DNA of 62,669 nucleotides, filler included, from Sphacelaria rigidula (lineage: Eukaryota), in assembly GCA_964200075.2 (NCBI GenBank). It is 4 parts of 4 records of this genome, joined end to end, with 100 filler letters (N's around TTAATTAATTAA, not from the genome) between each part and the next. Parts side by side here need not be neighbours in the genome. Positions count along the whole stretch, not along the records: positions 15,695 to 31,287 come from CAXNAA020001679.1; positions 31,388 to 46,980 come from CAXNAA020001680.1; 2 more parts are not named here. The stretch is one strand, 5' to 3'. Below the pieces are notes generated by a model. That model was not told the origin of the DNA. It ran no database searches and saw nothing but the letters and a program-made list of their open reading frames with translations. Shown in pieces: positions 26,791-39,100 of this stretch. Position numbers and translations under genes: made by a program. Every line of letters starts with the position of its first letter. The stretch's first letter is position 1.

Positions 26791-26861
26791 GGGGCGTACT
26801 CATTTGTTGCTTGCCTTAGTCGTGTGACCATTGACCACGCATCCCTTTCGAGACGGAGCAC
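26791..26861 (+). repeat. Short dispersed repeat copy in the cyclophilin 3' region
   Basis: GGGGCGTACTCATTTGTTGCTTGCCTTAGTCGTGTGACCATTGACCACGCATCCCTTTCGAGACGGAGCAC. Confidence 0.9.
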
Positions 26862-27348
26862 TGTTCCTACTCTTAATAGGGACACCTGATGGGGGGTGGG
26901 GGGTGGGTGGGGGGGGGTTACGTGGAAAATGTTGTGACACTTTTTTTATTGGTGCAGTTGAATCACAAGCAATAAATATTGATGAGGTATCACGACTCAG
27001 TTTGCCAAGTGATATGAGGTCGTGCTGTAAGGTTATGCTGTGCGAACCAGGTGGGGGAGGTTTGAAGCTTGACGCTTAAGAGAGAAGAACACGAAGCCGC
27101 CGGGCGCCTCCACTTGTGGCGTTGGTCGTTGTATGTATGTAAAACGGGTGTTTCGCCGAATGTGGTTTTACTCGTGCTTGAGTAGAAGCAGTTACAGGGT
27201 TTGAAGAAACAAGTGAGGTATCAGAACAGCACATCTCTTGCGAAACGTGAAGGTCCGAAAAATGAAAGGATGCTCCCTTTCGATCAAATAGAGCGCCATC
27301 TCCGCGATCAAACGATTCATAAATGTCCCCGACTTTCCTTGAATATTT

Positions 27349-30168
27349 CTAGTCTGCCTCGCTAAGTCTCCCTCGCCTAAGTCTACGACCTTCGAGTCTC
27401 AACCGCCGATCATTGGCCTTTTTCTCACGCTTCACAGGCCTGCGGGTTGGCGGTTCCCTATTTACATCCCCGTCCTTGTCCCTCTGCAGCCTCTGCTTCT
27501 CTCGCTTAGCATCCACCTTTGCTCGGAATATCTTGTACTCCTCCGTTTCTGGATTGAGATATTGCGCTTCATATTGCTGCCTCAATTTTTCCTTCGTCTC
27601 GGCCTCCTGTTGCAGGTGCGGTGCGGCACGGTTCAAGAGAATTGGGTATAAAAGGGTTAGCTGGATGCGGTGGCTGAAAATAGGTGGTGGGGCAAGTTTG
27701 TGAAAGATGTGTACAAACACGTTTTACGAAAACGTGCATGGACTGTCTGAAATCAACCTTGATCGTGCATGCCGCAAAAATGGGGACGGCAGACAGTCCC
27801 CGTGTCAAAACATATGCTGTGTTGTGCTGGGGCCATACTATTTACTGTTGTTCCGTCCCGCAAATCAAAATCCCAGGCGGTACAAAAAATGAGCAGTATG
27901 ATCAAGCATGGAATACGGCGGCAGGGTCGCAAGAGCTCGAGCCTCCGGCGTCCGCCCCCTTTTATCAACTCTCAGCGCCATAGACTCCTATTTTGGCGGC
28001 ATGGCTTTTGTGGGGGGGCAATGCCTAAGGAATAACTGCCGTTTCACGTGAAGTGGTTTTTTGTGTGTCAACTTGTGGACGTGCATATAAAAAATTAGAT
28101 CAATATGCGCACAGTACACGCTTTGTCAAATACCCGCTGCAATCGCCAGTTACCTCGTGTGCGCAGCCTGCTTCATGCTGTCTGAGTGCGAAAACAGGCT
28201 CACTGTTGCTGCTGCTGGAACCCGCTGAAAGCTGAATACGCGAACCGTTCGACTGGACTCTCGTGGCGCATTCGGCCACATTGTTGTCTCAGGATTTTCC
28301 CAACGACTGAGTTGGGGTGAAAATTGCCGGCGTCCACTTGGTGGCCGGTTGCTTACGTTTGACTGACCGAAGACGACACCAAGATCGTGAACACGCACAT
28401 GCACACGCACATGCACACGCACATGAGCAGCAGAGAGTTGATGCTGCTGAAGCCCAGCGAGGCACTGGGAGCCGAAGTGAAGCAACATTGATCTACATTG
28501 CCGTTTCGCGTGCCACATAATGCCGCCCCTTCCCGCCCTCCTGAACACCATGAACCACCCACCCACCTGGCGCAGTCGCTCAGCTTCGATCGCCTCTGGA
28601 TCCACCACATGCACCTCCGCTCGGGGGAACATCTTTTCGTACGGGGCGCGTCCGCACGGCCAAAAGTAATATTTGCAGGCCCCCATCTTGCGCTTGATGC
28701 GGCGTTGTCTCATTCCCTCTATCCGCTTCGCGTCTGCCAGTCTGTCTTCCTCCTCGTGACGTCTGCGTGTCTCGAGGTTGTTCTGTAAACGACGCTTTCT
28801 TCGCATCCACCACCTTTCGCCCCAAACGGCCTGCATCATTTTGACCTGGCCAAGAATACCGGGGAGTGGTGATGGGGGGTTTATGAAGGAGGCGAAGGCC
28901 TAGCTGCTGTGTAGTGACCGACAATGCTGCCTTTTTTGGTTTGGAGCTGTTTAGCGATGTCTTACCATACACTTCTTGTCGACAGTTCCAGGATGGTATG
29001 ACAGAATGGCACCAAAGCACCAGATGATAGCAGCGACACGTGCGGAACAACATACTTACATGTAGGAATGCCAATACTTCCTGACGGTAAGCCGCGCCGG
29101 CACACGCACCAGTAATAATAGTACAAACCTGAAGTCGGAAGGCCGGGAAGAACAGTGAAGGAAATGCTTGATGGAATAACTCGAACTCCCAGAATTCGAT
29201 TTTCCCGTCGCCCTGGACAACGAGCTTTTGAAACGCAGTCTTCGTGTTTCCGGTCGGTCCTTTGACGGGATCGATGTGGTACAGCATTTTGATGAGCATC
29301 TCCATCTCGTCTCTTTCGATGTACCCGTTCTTCTCCCTGTCCAGAATGAAGAAGCAAAACCTGAGCACCTCTTCCTCCTCGAAGAGGCAGTAGGTTGTGA
29401 TGGCGTGCAGCCACTCCGAGAACGTAAGTTCTTGGAAGTCTCGAACGCCTGTCGTGATAATATGTTCGATTTGGATCACAATAGACAGTAAAGCGAGCAC
29501 GAGTGGTTTCTTGAAGAGAGACAGACACCCGATTTGACTCATCATGATTTTTCGCGCGTTGATGGGCGCAGCTATATACCAGTGTTTCGGCGTGAGAAGA
29601 ATATGAACGGCAGTTTCTATCGCATGTAAAGAGGAGTTTGCTTCGGCATCTCGCTGATGGAAGGAGTGAGTTTTCACTCACTAGGCGCGCGAGGTTACAC
29701 ATCAAGGTTTGTTGCCAAATTGAGAGTCTACTGTTTGATCGAGAGTGAGAACCCCAATAATAGGAAACCTCGATGTATACCTCTTGGACAAGATTTTGCC
29801 AAAAAAGTGCACCCCGAAAGTAGGAGCACACTCAGGGTGGGAAGCACTTGTTTCGTGCTGTGTTAGAATGGTCAAAATCTAGTGCAGACTTCGAAGTCCA
29901 TACGCCCCGCGCTACGCACTTTACCCCAACGACGCCCAAGTGCGAGCTCACCGATCAGCTCAAATACGCTGTCGCCAAAGACTGACTTCCGCTCGCTCAG
30001 CATGTTGTACACGGTCGCAAGCGAGAGACACGCTCGCTGAGCGGTATCGTGCTTGCCAAAAAGAGCAAATACCTTGGCCAAGTCGGTATTACTCAACTCC
30101 AATTGCTGAATACACTTCATCAAACGGTCGTCCGGCGCGGGTAACAGAGTGGAACGGCCGCCACCCAT
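27349..30168 (-). CDS. N-myristoylated EF-hand calcium-binding protein (calcineurin B/NCS-like core) with a long basic coiled-coil C-terminus, 357 aa. Exons 30168-29952, 29448-29129, 28845-28567, 27606-27349
   Basis: GT-AG junctions with phases 1,0,0 give 1074 nt in frame. MGGGRS fits MGxxxS. EF-hand loops DREKNGYIERDE (canonical) and VVQGDGKIEFWE (partial), plus two degenerate N-terminal hands. LRFCFFILD and FPSLFFPAFRLQ motifs. Confidence 0.9.
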
Positions 30169-31199
30169 GTTTTACTTTCGGGTGGCCTAGCGTCGTCTTC
30201 GCAAGATCAACGGTGGCGCCCAGCAACGCTCGAGTCCTCGCATTTATCTTCAAGCAATTCAGCTTGCGTAGCTTCGCTAACTTACATGCTGACGTGCATC
30301 AGACACCTAAGCCTTGTTCCCTGCGAGATTTATATACTTTTGGCTTTCCAAGAGTCTGACAGCCACCAAGGATTGACGGCGTCAGTTAGCCTCACGCGCG
30401 CCCGAAGACGCTTATATGAAATAAGTGCGGCGGAATTCATCATTCGAATTTCGGAATAGTTTCTGAGGCAGGTCATCTCCAACTGATCAACGGGTGACTG
30501 TGTAGAAAACACTTCTATTGCCGCGGTGCAGTTACGCACGTGGAAGATTCGCTGTTGAGGTGCTTATTTTTCAAACCTTCTGGAATTTGAGCAACCGGCG
30601 CGAATATGCGAAATGCGTGTCATATGTCATATGCGACACCGACTACCAAGTTGCTATGCGGAGGAATACCGATGTCAACAACTAACTGTCCCTGCTTTGT
30701 ACACACCTCTGTATTTTACCGTACTGTAGCTTCAGCTGCTGGTGTTGCTGTGCCCTATCTGTAGTGTTTAAGCCTTCACTTAGAAGCCCAAACTGCAGCC
30801 CATTCGTTCTCCTAGTACGCCGTTTTTACCTGCTTTCAAGTCAGTCGACGCCATCGTTCTGTTGTGTTCGTCGTGACGGTGTGTGCCGCCACCTATCATT
30901 TGTTTTCGACTCCCTTACCATCGACCCGCCAATTTGTTCACGTGATGGCTGAGCATAAAAATAAGTTTGAACATGAAAATGAGTGCCAACTCCAAAACAG
31001 TGTTTTTCCTGACCTGAAGTCATGACAAGTGACTTTCATAGAGGGACGACCTCATGCCCCCCGACCTCCTCCCTGACTAGAGTATTTCTAGGGGTTTCCC
31101 GTCTGCCGTTCCTCCCCAAGGGGTATGTGCGAAAGCACCATTTCCGGGCTAAAGACATCCTTTTTTTTACCCCGAAAACGGGGCAAAAATGTGATTTTG

Positions 31200-31287
31200 C
31201 ACGAACTCTTCGGAGCAATGCTACGGTAGGGGTGCACTTTTTTCGCGAAATTTTGTCTGGTTCAGGGGCTCCTAACGATTCTAGACG
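31200..31287. repeat. Dispersed repeat at a contig end
   Basis: GAGCAATGCTACGGTAGGGGTGCACTTTTTTCGCGAAATT...AGGGGCTCCTAACGATTC is the reverse complement of 46687-46758. A weaker copy lies at about 29780-29830 in EF-hand intron 1. Confidence 0.8.
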
Positions 31288-31387
31288 NNNNNNNNNNNNN
31301 NNNNNNNNNNNNNNNNNNNNNNNNNNNNNNNTTAATTAATTAANNNNNNNNNNNNNNNNNNNNNNNNNNNNNNNNNNNNNNNNNNNN
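31288..31387. other. Artificial contig spacer N44-TTAATTAATTAA-N44
   Basis: Identical 100-nt spacer. Confidence 0.99.
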
Positions 31388-32259
31388 GGGAAAGCACGGC
31401 TTTTGAGTTGAGCCTCATTTTTTTTTTTCAACCCCATTTTCGAAAATCGGCTGTTAAATGTATTTTACTGATACCGGTAGATGATGTCACGAGGCGCTCA
31501 CATTAGCAAGCACGTGCTGAAGTGGATTATGCCACAAAATCCTCTCTATCATTATTGGGAACAGGTTGATCAAGATGGACATCGACAGGCCCATCGCCAA
31601 CGCGGTTGCGCAGCTGGCACAGACTCTCTCAGGTGTGATTTTATATTGTTCATGTTCGCAGGTACTGAATGCTTCAAGAGTCGTGGATTCAATCCTTGAT
31701 CTTCAATCAATACATGAACTTACAGGGAAAACATGAACTTAGAGCCCTTTGAACGTGGTATCATCACGCGGAGAAGGATATCGCGGATCGGGGAAGATGA
31801 TTCTCATGACAGCATGTGGGACGAACGTTTAGGATCTTTGATGCGTTCTGGCCTCTAAAACTAATCCTACTCTTAGGCGGCATTACCAAGAAGCAGAAGG
31901 CGTCCATCGACGTCGTGCTTAGCTGCATACGGTCTTCCAAGGTGTGGCCGAGGTTCACGGAAGTTCTGAGAGAGATGAAGGTACTGATGGTGTGGTTTTG
32001 ATTTCAACTTGTATATTTTGTAAATCAAGGCGGTCACGGTTCTCATGGAGGAACAACGTTGTTAATGTAGGTGGTGGACCCCTCCCACCGTTCCCTTTTC
32101 ATTGATTATCGTGCAGGCAGTAATGGTAAATAAAAAACGTCATGTACTTACCGCGAATCAAACGCTGAAACTTTGCATGTATTGTCGATGTAGTTGTTGA
32201 CTGTCGTCGATGGAGTCTTCAGAAATCCGGGCTTGCATGATCGTGCATTCTGTATCATC

Positions 32260-33900
32260 TGTGATATGGATCCTACATTACGTAAACATCTTGGGCGTGG
32301 GTATTCATCTGGGATATCTATGTAAGCGAATATTTTATCTAGGATATCCATCAAGGATGTCCACATTCACGTGAGATACCGGTCTGGTATCGTATATCAT
32401 TCGGGATATACATCTGGGATTGGGTGTCATCTAGAACATCCAAGTCAAGGTAGGCATCTGATGAGACCTCCAGTGGGGGTCCCAGATCGATCGGAGACAT
32501 TAATCTTATGTACTGCCATCGAGTTGGGACATCAACCCGCGATGGGGCATCCATCTGACATATCAAAGAGGAGTCGCTCACATCGAGCTTAAGCTGTCAG
32601 GCCCACGCGTACGCACCTCCAAATATTTACCAAACATCCGGCGGGAAGCCCAGGGGCAGAGATGAGAACAGTAACGACAAGGATCTGATGAAAGCTTATA
32701 AGAGGTATTAAACCCTGACCGGCATGGATATCCACAGTACTCATCGAGATCTGAGGTATGTAAGATATGCCACGAAGGCTTCCCAGACGGATATCCACTT
32801 CCCGGGTTTGTGCCCCTATTCTGGAGCAGCACATCCATCGATCGAGGAGAAATCCCACTCATTTTACAATCAATCGTACGACCGCGTGCTTCTGAGAGCG
32901 GTTATGTCATGGATGCGCCAATCGATTGGACATCCGTGTGGAAGCAAGACCGGTCACAACCGCCTGTGCTTGGGGGCGATGGTGAAATCAATTCCATGAT
33001 CGCTTTAGATTCGCGTGATTCTGGGAGCGACTGTACAATCGTGTGGAATTGATCGTCGGTTGTTTTCGGGAACGATCGTATACTCAATATCATGATCGAT
33101 TGTGCGATCGTACGGTATAACGGTCGGTTGTACATGTGATTGGGCAAGCGGTTGTGCAATCGTGTGATTTAGAACCGATCGAACCATCGTCTCTTCTGGG
33201 GCTGGTTGTACAGCCCGTGTCCACATGCTGTTCTACAGTCGCATGGTCTATGGGCCGATTTCGTAATCGATTGGGGAAATCGTTACAGATGTGTGGTATT
33301 GAAACCGGTCGTATGGTTTACTTTGTTTGGGGTCGATTGTACAAGTCATTTCACCATCAATTGCACGATCGCCTATCTGAAATCGATATTTTGATCGTGT
33401 ATTACATCGACCGGCTGTGAAATCGCCTGCTTCAAGAGGCGATTGTACGATTGATTTCCCTTTTCAACTGTACACTCATCTGCCGTTCGGACTGATAGTA
33501 TAATGGATGATTGGCCAATCAATTATTCGAGCAGTTGCTGATAATTGGGACCGGTTGTAAGACCTCAACACAATGCAATCCCGGTGTCCGACCAAACTGT
33601 TGAGCTCCTCGATCGAAGTCACTCCAGGATTGCCATCTCTGAATATGATTGCCACCTCTGTGACCAACGGTGTCACTATGCAGGGTATATTGTGCTTGTT
33701 CTAGCCTAGATTGTGTACAACTGGTCGTCGCGATATGCTCTTCCACATTCGTCATCATCACAATATCGGCCAAGAATGACCAAGGACCCTTCCATATGTG
33801 TTTTTCACCAAGATGTCGACCAAGAACGACCAAGAACCACCGAGTCACTCAGTCAATGAGTCAGTGATGATTGTGAAACCTCCACAAACGTTGTTCCTTG
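32260..33900. repeat. Arrays of short palindromic subunits (GGATATCC-type, then CGATTGT/ACAATCG-type); likely non-autonomous DNA transposon remnants
   Basis: Many GGATAT/ATATCC words at 32260-32840 (also 7250-7390 and 46630-46675). Many ACAATCG/CGATTGT/CGATCG words at 32865-33560. No credible ORF. Confidence 0.55.
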
Positions 33901-34164
33901 GGTTTCAATTCGTCCAACGATAGTTCTCAGCTGAGTCCTTTATGACGAAGAAGTATCCTAGAAGAATCACTTCGGTGACAAGGGGCAAACGCGCTAGGCA
34001 AAATAAGCAGAACAATGCCGACAAGGTCGCACCGTTAGTCATAGCGATGACAACCCCGGGGCGAAACGGCAATTCGATCTGTAGGATTAACAGCTTTGAC
34101 AGACACCAGGGTTCATTTTTGTTGCGGTTCCACAATTTTTACTGAGCCACTCCGCCAGTGCTGA

Positions 34165-34298
34165 CTAAGGGCCTAGGTGTCTTAGCACATGAGTTTTCGA
34201 TCGAGAAAGTGCGGTGGAGAACAAAAATCCTGATTTGATAGGTCATGATTTCAACCATCTTCAAAATAAACCACGATGGTTGAAATCATGACCTATCA
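34165..34298. mobile_element. Fold-back MITE, right arm truncated next to the LINE
   Basis: Left arm matches the 13085-13285 family. Perfect 24-bp inverted repeat at 34236-34259 / 34275-34298 with a 15-nt loop. Confidence 0.7.
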
Positions 34299-34319
34299 GA
34301 CAGGTCCGAAGTGGGTCAA

Positions 34320-35942
34320 TGGCAAGTGTGCAATCACAACAGATTGTGAGTAGTGTCGGCATACCCCTCCCCAGACAGAAACCAACCGCCAAACTGCCAG
34401 GAACACAGTTGTCACTCTCCTCGACCGCAACCCATCTAGGGTTGGTTGTGTCGGGGTAGGCTAGCCCCATCGACAACACAACCAAAAGGTTGGTGAGGGT
34501 GAATTGATCTACTGCCTTTCCTGCGTTTCGTGCCGGTGGTGGTGCAACACACAGTCTAGGTAGTGAGTCATGCAGACAGTGCTGACGTCCAGGCTCAATT
34601 CTGCAGCTTCGGAGTTCTGCCCTAGAATGGGAACCAAATTGCACCCCGCCGTCGCAGCGTTTTACCCGGCGTTGAGACACTCTCACGGAAAGCACGTTGA
34701 TGGAGATGAGGCACGTGTGAGCAAGTATCAGATTCGGCGGACTGGAGATAGCGGCAGACGCAGGATGAGAAGGCTGCACTCTCCCCGCGAGACCAACAAG
34801 TAAGGCACAAGTACCGTGATAGACGTGCCAAAGAAAAATCGGAACAGAAAAAAACTTGCGCGTAAAATTAGAAGGCGAAACAGACCAGGAAGGGGAGCAG
34901 AGCAAAGAGAAAGACGCGAGATTATAGAAATGCTGAAGCTAGATCGCGTAGTGGTGAGCTCAAAGTGGCTACCTGTAACGCCCGCACACTGTCCCTCGCG
35001 GGAAAGAATGGAGCTGAGGTGGTCCTTGAGAAATGTCAGGAAGTCGGATGTGACGTCATCGGACTGAAGGAAACGAGAAGATCAGGTCGAACCGAGTATT
35101 GTGCGGTGGGATAATATCGTAGCGATTGTTGCAGGGAGGAGGGGGACAACGGAAGGGCTGGACAACATGGGGTTGGGTTGGCGGTCAAGGAGTCGATCAT
35201 CAGCAAGGCGACGTGGATTCAGGCACTCATCAGCGAACGTCTCGTGTCGATGACTTTCAACCTAGTGGGTCAATCACATGCTGCTACGTTTGTAATTGCA
35301 TATGCCCCTACAGCCACTCCACAGTCAAGAGAAGATCGAGGTGTATTCTGGACTGAGTCAGACGACATTGTAAACCGTATCCCCCACAAACATCACCTGT
35401 ATATTCTTCATGAATGCTAACGCGAGGACTGGAGTGCGAACAGGCAGGGAGGAACGTAAACAAATAGGAGCATACGGCCGGGACTCTCGATTCAACGACG
35501 GTAACGGCATATCTCTAATACAATTTTCAGGCGACAACAGGCTTGCCGTGATCAACACGTTTTCTCCCACCCCCAAGGGAAACAGCTCGTGTACGTTCAA
35601 CGATGTTGCGAATCACCGCGTGGACAAGAAACGCATTGACTACATCATTACACGGCAAGATCGCCGCAGGCTTGTTTGCAATGTCACCGTCTAGCCTCAA
35701 CCCCCCAACTCGTCATACTCTAAAAACAATATCGTGTGCACCTCAGTGTGGCTCCTTGGTCGCTTCGCACACAACGGAGACCTAGACCAATCCCGATTGG
35801 GCGTATACCGATCGACAGACAGACGGGCAATAGTATCTGACCCCGACAGACGTGAGTAGCTCACCCAGTCATCATCAGCGAGCCTAAACAGAGTATACCT
35901 GGTGATGCAGTTAGTTTACTGGCTACGAACTTTGGCGACGTA
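34320..35942 (+). mobile_element. RTE-like LINE, 5' part (AP endonuclease domain), decayed
   Basis: Frameshifted APE motifs VATCNARTL, GCDVIGLKETRRSG, HGVGLAVK, ISERLVSMTF, FVIAYAPT, NARTG, NDGNG, INTF and KRIDYIIT. Confidence 0.9.
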
Positions 35943-36180
35943 TATTCCGTGGCCCGTGGCGTAGGATATGTCGTTTTATCTTTTGTATTATTGGAGAGTG
36001 CCTTGGCGGAGTCGATCCTATGCTAGAGGGATCAGATGTGGAGTAAGGACAGGCGGCAACGTCGCAGCCGGCCCGAGCATGGTACTGCAGTCACGCACAC
36101 TTGACTACCCGTACCCGTGCGTCAGCAGAAATCTATCCGCACGTGTGCATGTTCACTCAGTGTACTCGTTCACATGAACA
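35943..36180 (-). repeat. 3' LTR of the copia element (238 bp)
   Basis: Direct repeat of 41019-41256; I count 7 substitutions and no indels. Confidence 0.95.
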
Positions 36181-39100
36181 TTACCTCTGAATCGGTACAT
36201 CAGTCGTCGTGGCTATCTCTCTCAGAAAAAAAAGAAACGTTGCAAGGGGAACCCCGGCCATCCGAGCAGAACCCCCTCCCCCCAACAGCTTGTGCTCCAT
36301 CTAGATAATCCATGGACGCTGGTCAAGGCAGATACACGTTATGTCAAGAAACGCCCTACAAAAGCTGTGCCCCTCGAAGTAGCGTGGGTTGCCTAACCCA
36401 AAATGCGCACAAATGAATGACTAAAACCTGAAAATAACTGGAGCTAGCACAAGGGTACACACAAAAATGTACCCCCCTTTCACCTTCCAAGTTCATCAAC
36501 GACCGCTTGTGCCTTGCGAAGAGGTTGATCGGGAGAGGCTTCGTCAAAATGTCAGCATGCTGCCATCCTGAACCTACATGCACAACCCTGATCTTTCCCG
36601 TCCCCACCAGCTCTCGAATGAAGTGATATGTTACGTCGATGTGCTTACTCCTTCCGGAACTGAGGGGATTTTCGGCCAGAGCCTTCGCTCCCTCGTTGTC
36701 CTCGTACAAAACAATACCGTGGTCCTCCCCGCATCCCGACACAGTCTGAGGTCGCAGGAACGTCAACACTGCCTTTGTAAACAGTTCCTCCTTTACCCCC
36801 TCGGCCATTGCGACATACTCTGTCTCCGTGGTTGACAAAGTCACACAGTTTTGCGTGCGGCTCGTCGCCGACACTACCACACCACCGTACATCACAGCTA
36901 CCCCTGAGACCGAACGCCTATCCGTTTCCCTTTTAGCGTAGTCTGCATCGCAGCAAACGGAAAGCCTCTCATGATCTCTCTTGAACGTAAGTCCAAAGTC
37001 CTTTGTCTTATTTAGATACTTTAGCACCTTTACCACAGCTTCCCAGTGCCTCTCGCACGTATCATGTGATTGGCGAGCAAGCGCTCGTACTGAATTCGCC
37101 ATGTCAGGTCTAGTGACTGTTGCCAGCCACATCAGTCCCCCCCACTGCGTTACGGTGTGGATGATTCACCACTGCGTCTTCACCTGTTGCCGCCCCCAAC
37201 TTGATAGAGATAGAGGCAGGGATTTCCGACTATCCCCTCACCTCAAAACGCTCTTGGAGCGTGTCCATGAACGTGGTTTGCGTCACCGACAGCATCCCTC
37301 TATCGCAGTCTCTATCCACTGCACGCCCCATGTACCATGTGACCTCTCGGAGAGTGTTGGTGGGGAAATTTTCGTTCAGGATTTTGCCCACCTTCCGCAC
37401 ATTTCCTCGATGCCGCTGATCAGAATGCCATCCACATGGACAACTAAAATCACACGCACGTCTCCTACATTCTCCATCCTGAAAACACAAAGGTCAGCCT
37501 CACACTGCACCATCCCGTAAATAGATTTTTCCAGCTGAGCGGTCATGTCTGTCAAAACGGAGCAACCTTCAGGCATCCTCATGTACACGTCAGTGTCCAT
37601 CTTCGCTTGAACAAAGGCCTGTGTTACGTCCAAATGATACAGCGGCCACTCTTCCTGAACTGCCATGACCAGTTTTATGGAGGCCATGGAGGGCGTTGCC
37701 GCAAAAGTCTCGAAATAGTCGACTGCAACACGTTGTCCGAATCCTCGTGCTACCAACCTTGCCTTTGCCTTCGTTATAGTATCATCTGTGTCAGTTTTCC
37801 AACTAGAAACCCACCTCACTGAAATCACGTATACTCCTTCCGGTACAGGGCCAATCGAAAATGTTCCAGCTTTTTCATGACCTCCTAGTTCGGCCTGCAT
37901 CGCGCCTAACCATGCCTCTCGAAACTCTGATTTTGCGATGTTATCCATACTGGTGGGTGCTGCCTCTACTTCGCTTACATGTAGGCCAACCGGTGAACGC
38001 AAACCGAATTCCTCGGAGGACGGTGCGCTTGAGGAACCGCTGGACGAAGTGCCCACTGTCGAGTTTTCCATCCTTTCCTCGCTCACTTCCTGGCCTTGAT
38101 GGACGCCGGGATCCCTCGGCTCGCCCGATGTCTGGATCGCTTGATGCAGTGTGCGGGAGGGGGCAGCGGACGTACTTGCCCATGTTACATGTCTTGTCAC
38201 GGTAATAGATCCTCGTAAAGTCAAAGCTCGCATCGCGTCACGTACGTAGCCTGGGGCTAGGCTCAAATACCGGCATTTTGCCGCCTTCGGCTGTAATTTG
38301 TTTGTCCGCTTCCTCCTACAAAACCCAGGCTTCAACACCGGAATGAGATCACCGTCTGGTGGTGATCCGTACCACATCTCATACGGTGATTTGAACTTTG
38401 GGTTAGCCGAGGTATCGGTACAGGTCAGGGCGTGACACGCCCAGTTTGCCTGTTCAGTCCACAGGTTGTCACAATTTGGGATGCGCTCGTCTGGGTACCG
38501 CTCAGATGCTTGGATCTTGGTCGCAAGGCTTGCTGTTTCGGTGATACCCAACGCTCGTTCTGCAACACCATTGAACTGGGGTGAGACGGCAGTTGTCTTT
38601 TCATGCTTGATCTTTTCTCTGTCGCACAGTTCACCCCCGTTATCGCTACGGACTATCTCGATTTTTCTTGGAGAAACCCATGCAATGTATTTCGCGAAGT
38701 ATCATTTTGCCTCATCCTTCTTCCGGAGGAAATACAGCTTCGTGTACCGTGAGTGATTATATCGGTCTCTCATCGTGTACGACTTTCTCCCACAAGACTT
38801 AACTGGTTTTGGGCCGGAAAGATCTACAAACACCCTAGACGAAGACTTAGCTGCTCTCGTGTGCGTCGATCTTCGAATCGGTCGTCGCAGTCCCTTCGCC
38901 TCTGAGCAGACGCGGCAGGGCTGCAGCTCCTCAGCCAGTTGCTTTCCCTGCTGCTTCGCGGTCTTTCGCAGTAAGACCTCGTGGACGTGGGCGTGGGCAC
39001 AATGGAATTCGTCCATGTCAGCGATCTGGGGGCAAAGCGAAGGGCAATAACAGCATATGCCGAAGCACACTTGTCTCTACCACTTTGGTCGGGGCGGCGG

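Noticed and set aside
28391-28424. His-Ala or Val-His repeat peptides
   Set aside because: Intronic 12-bp microsatellite (CACGCACATGCA)x3 within the EF-hand gene.
28580-29677. 365-aa single-exon ORF, and the overlapping 289-aa ORF, as stand-alone genes
   Set aside because: Read-through of introns around EF-hand exon 2; the splice sites give a coherent four-exon model instead.
31480-31985. Exon-like segment ending EVLREMK|gtactg
   Set aside because: Stops and frameshifts upstream and no recognisable family; too weak to call.
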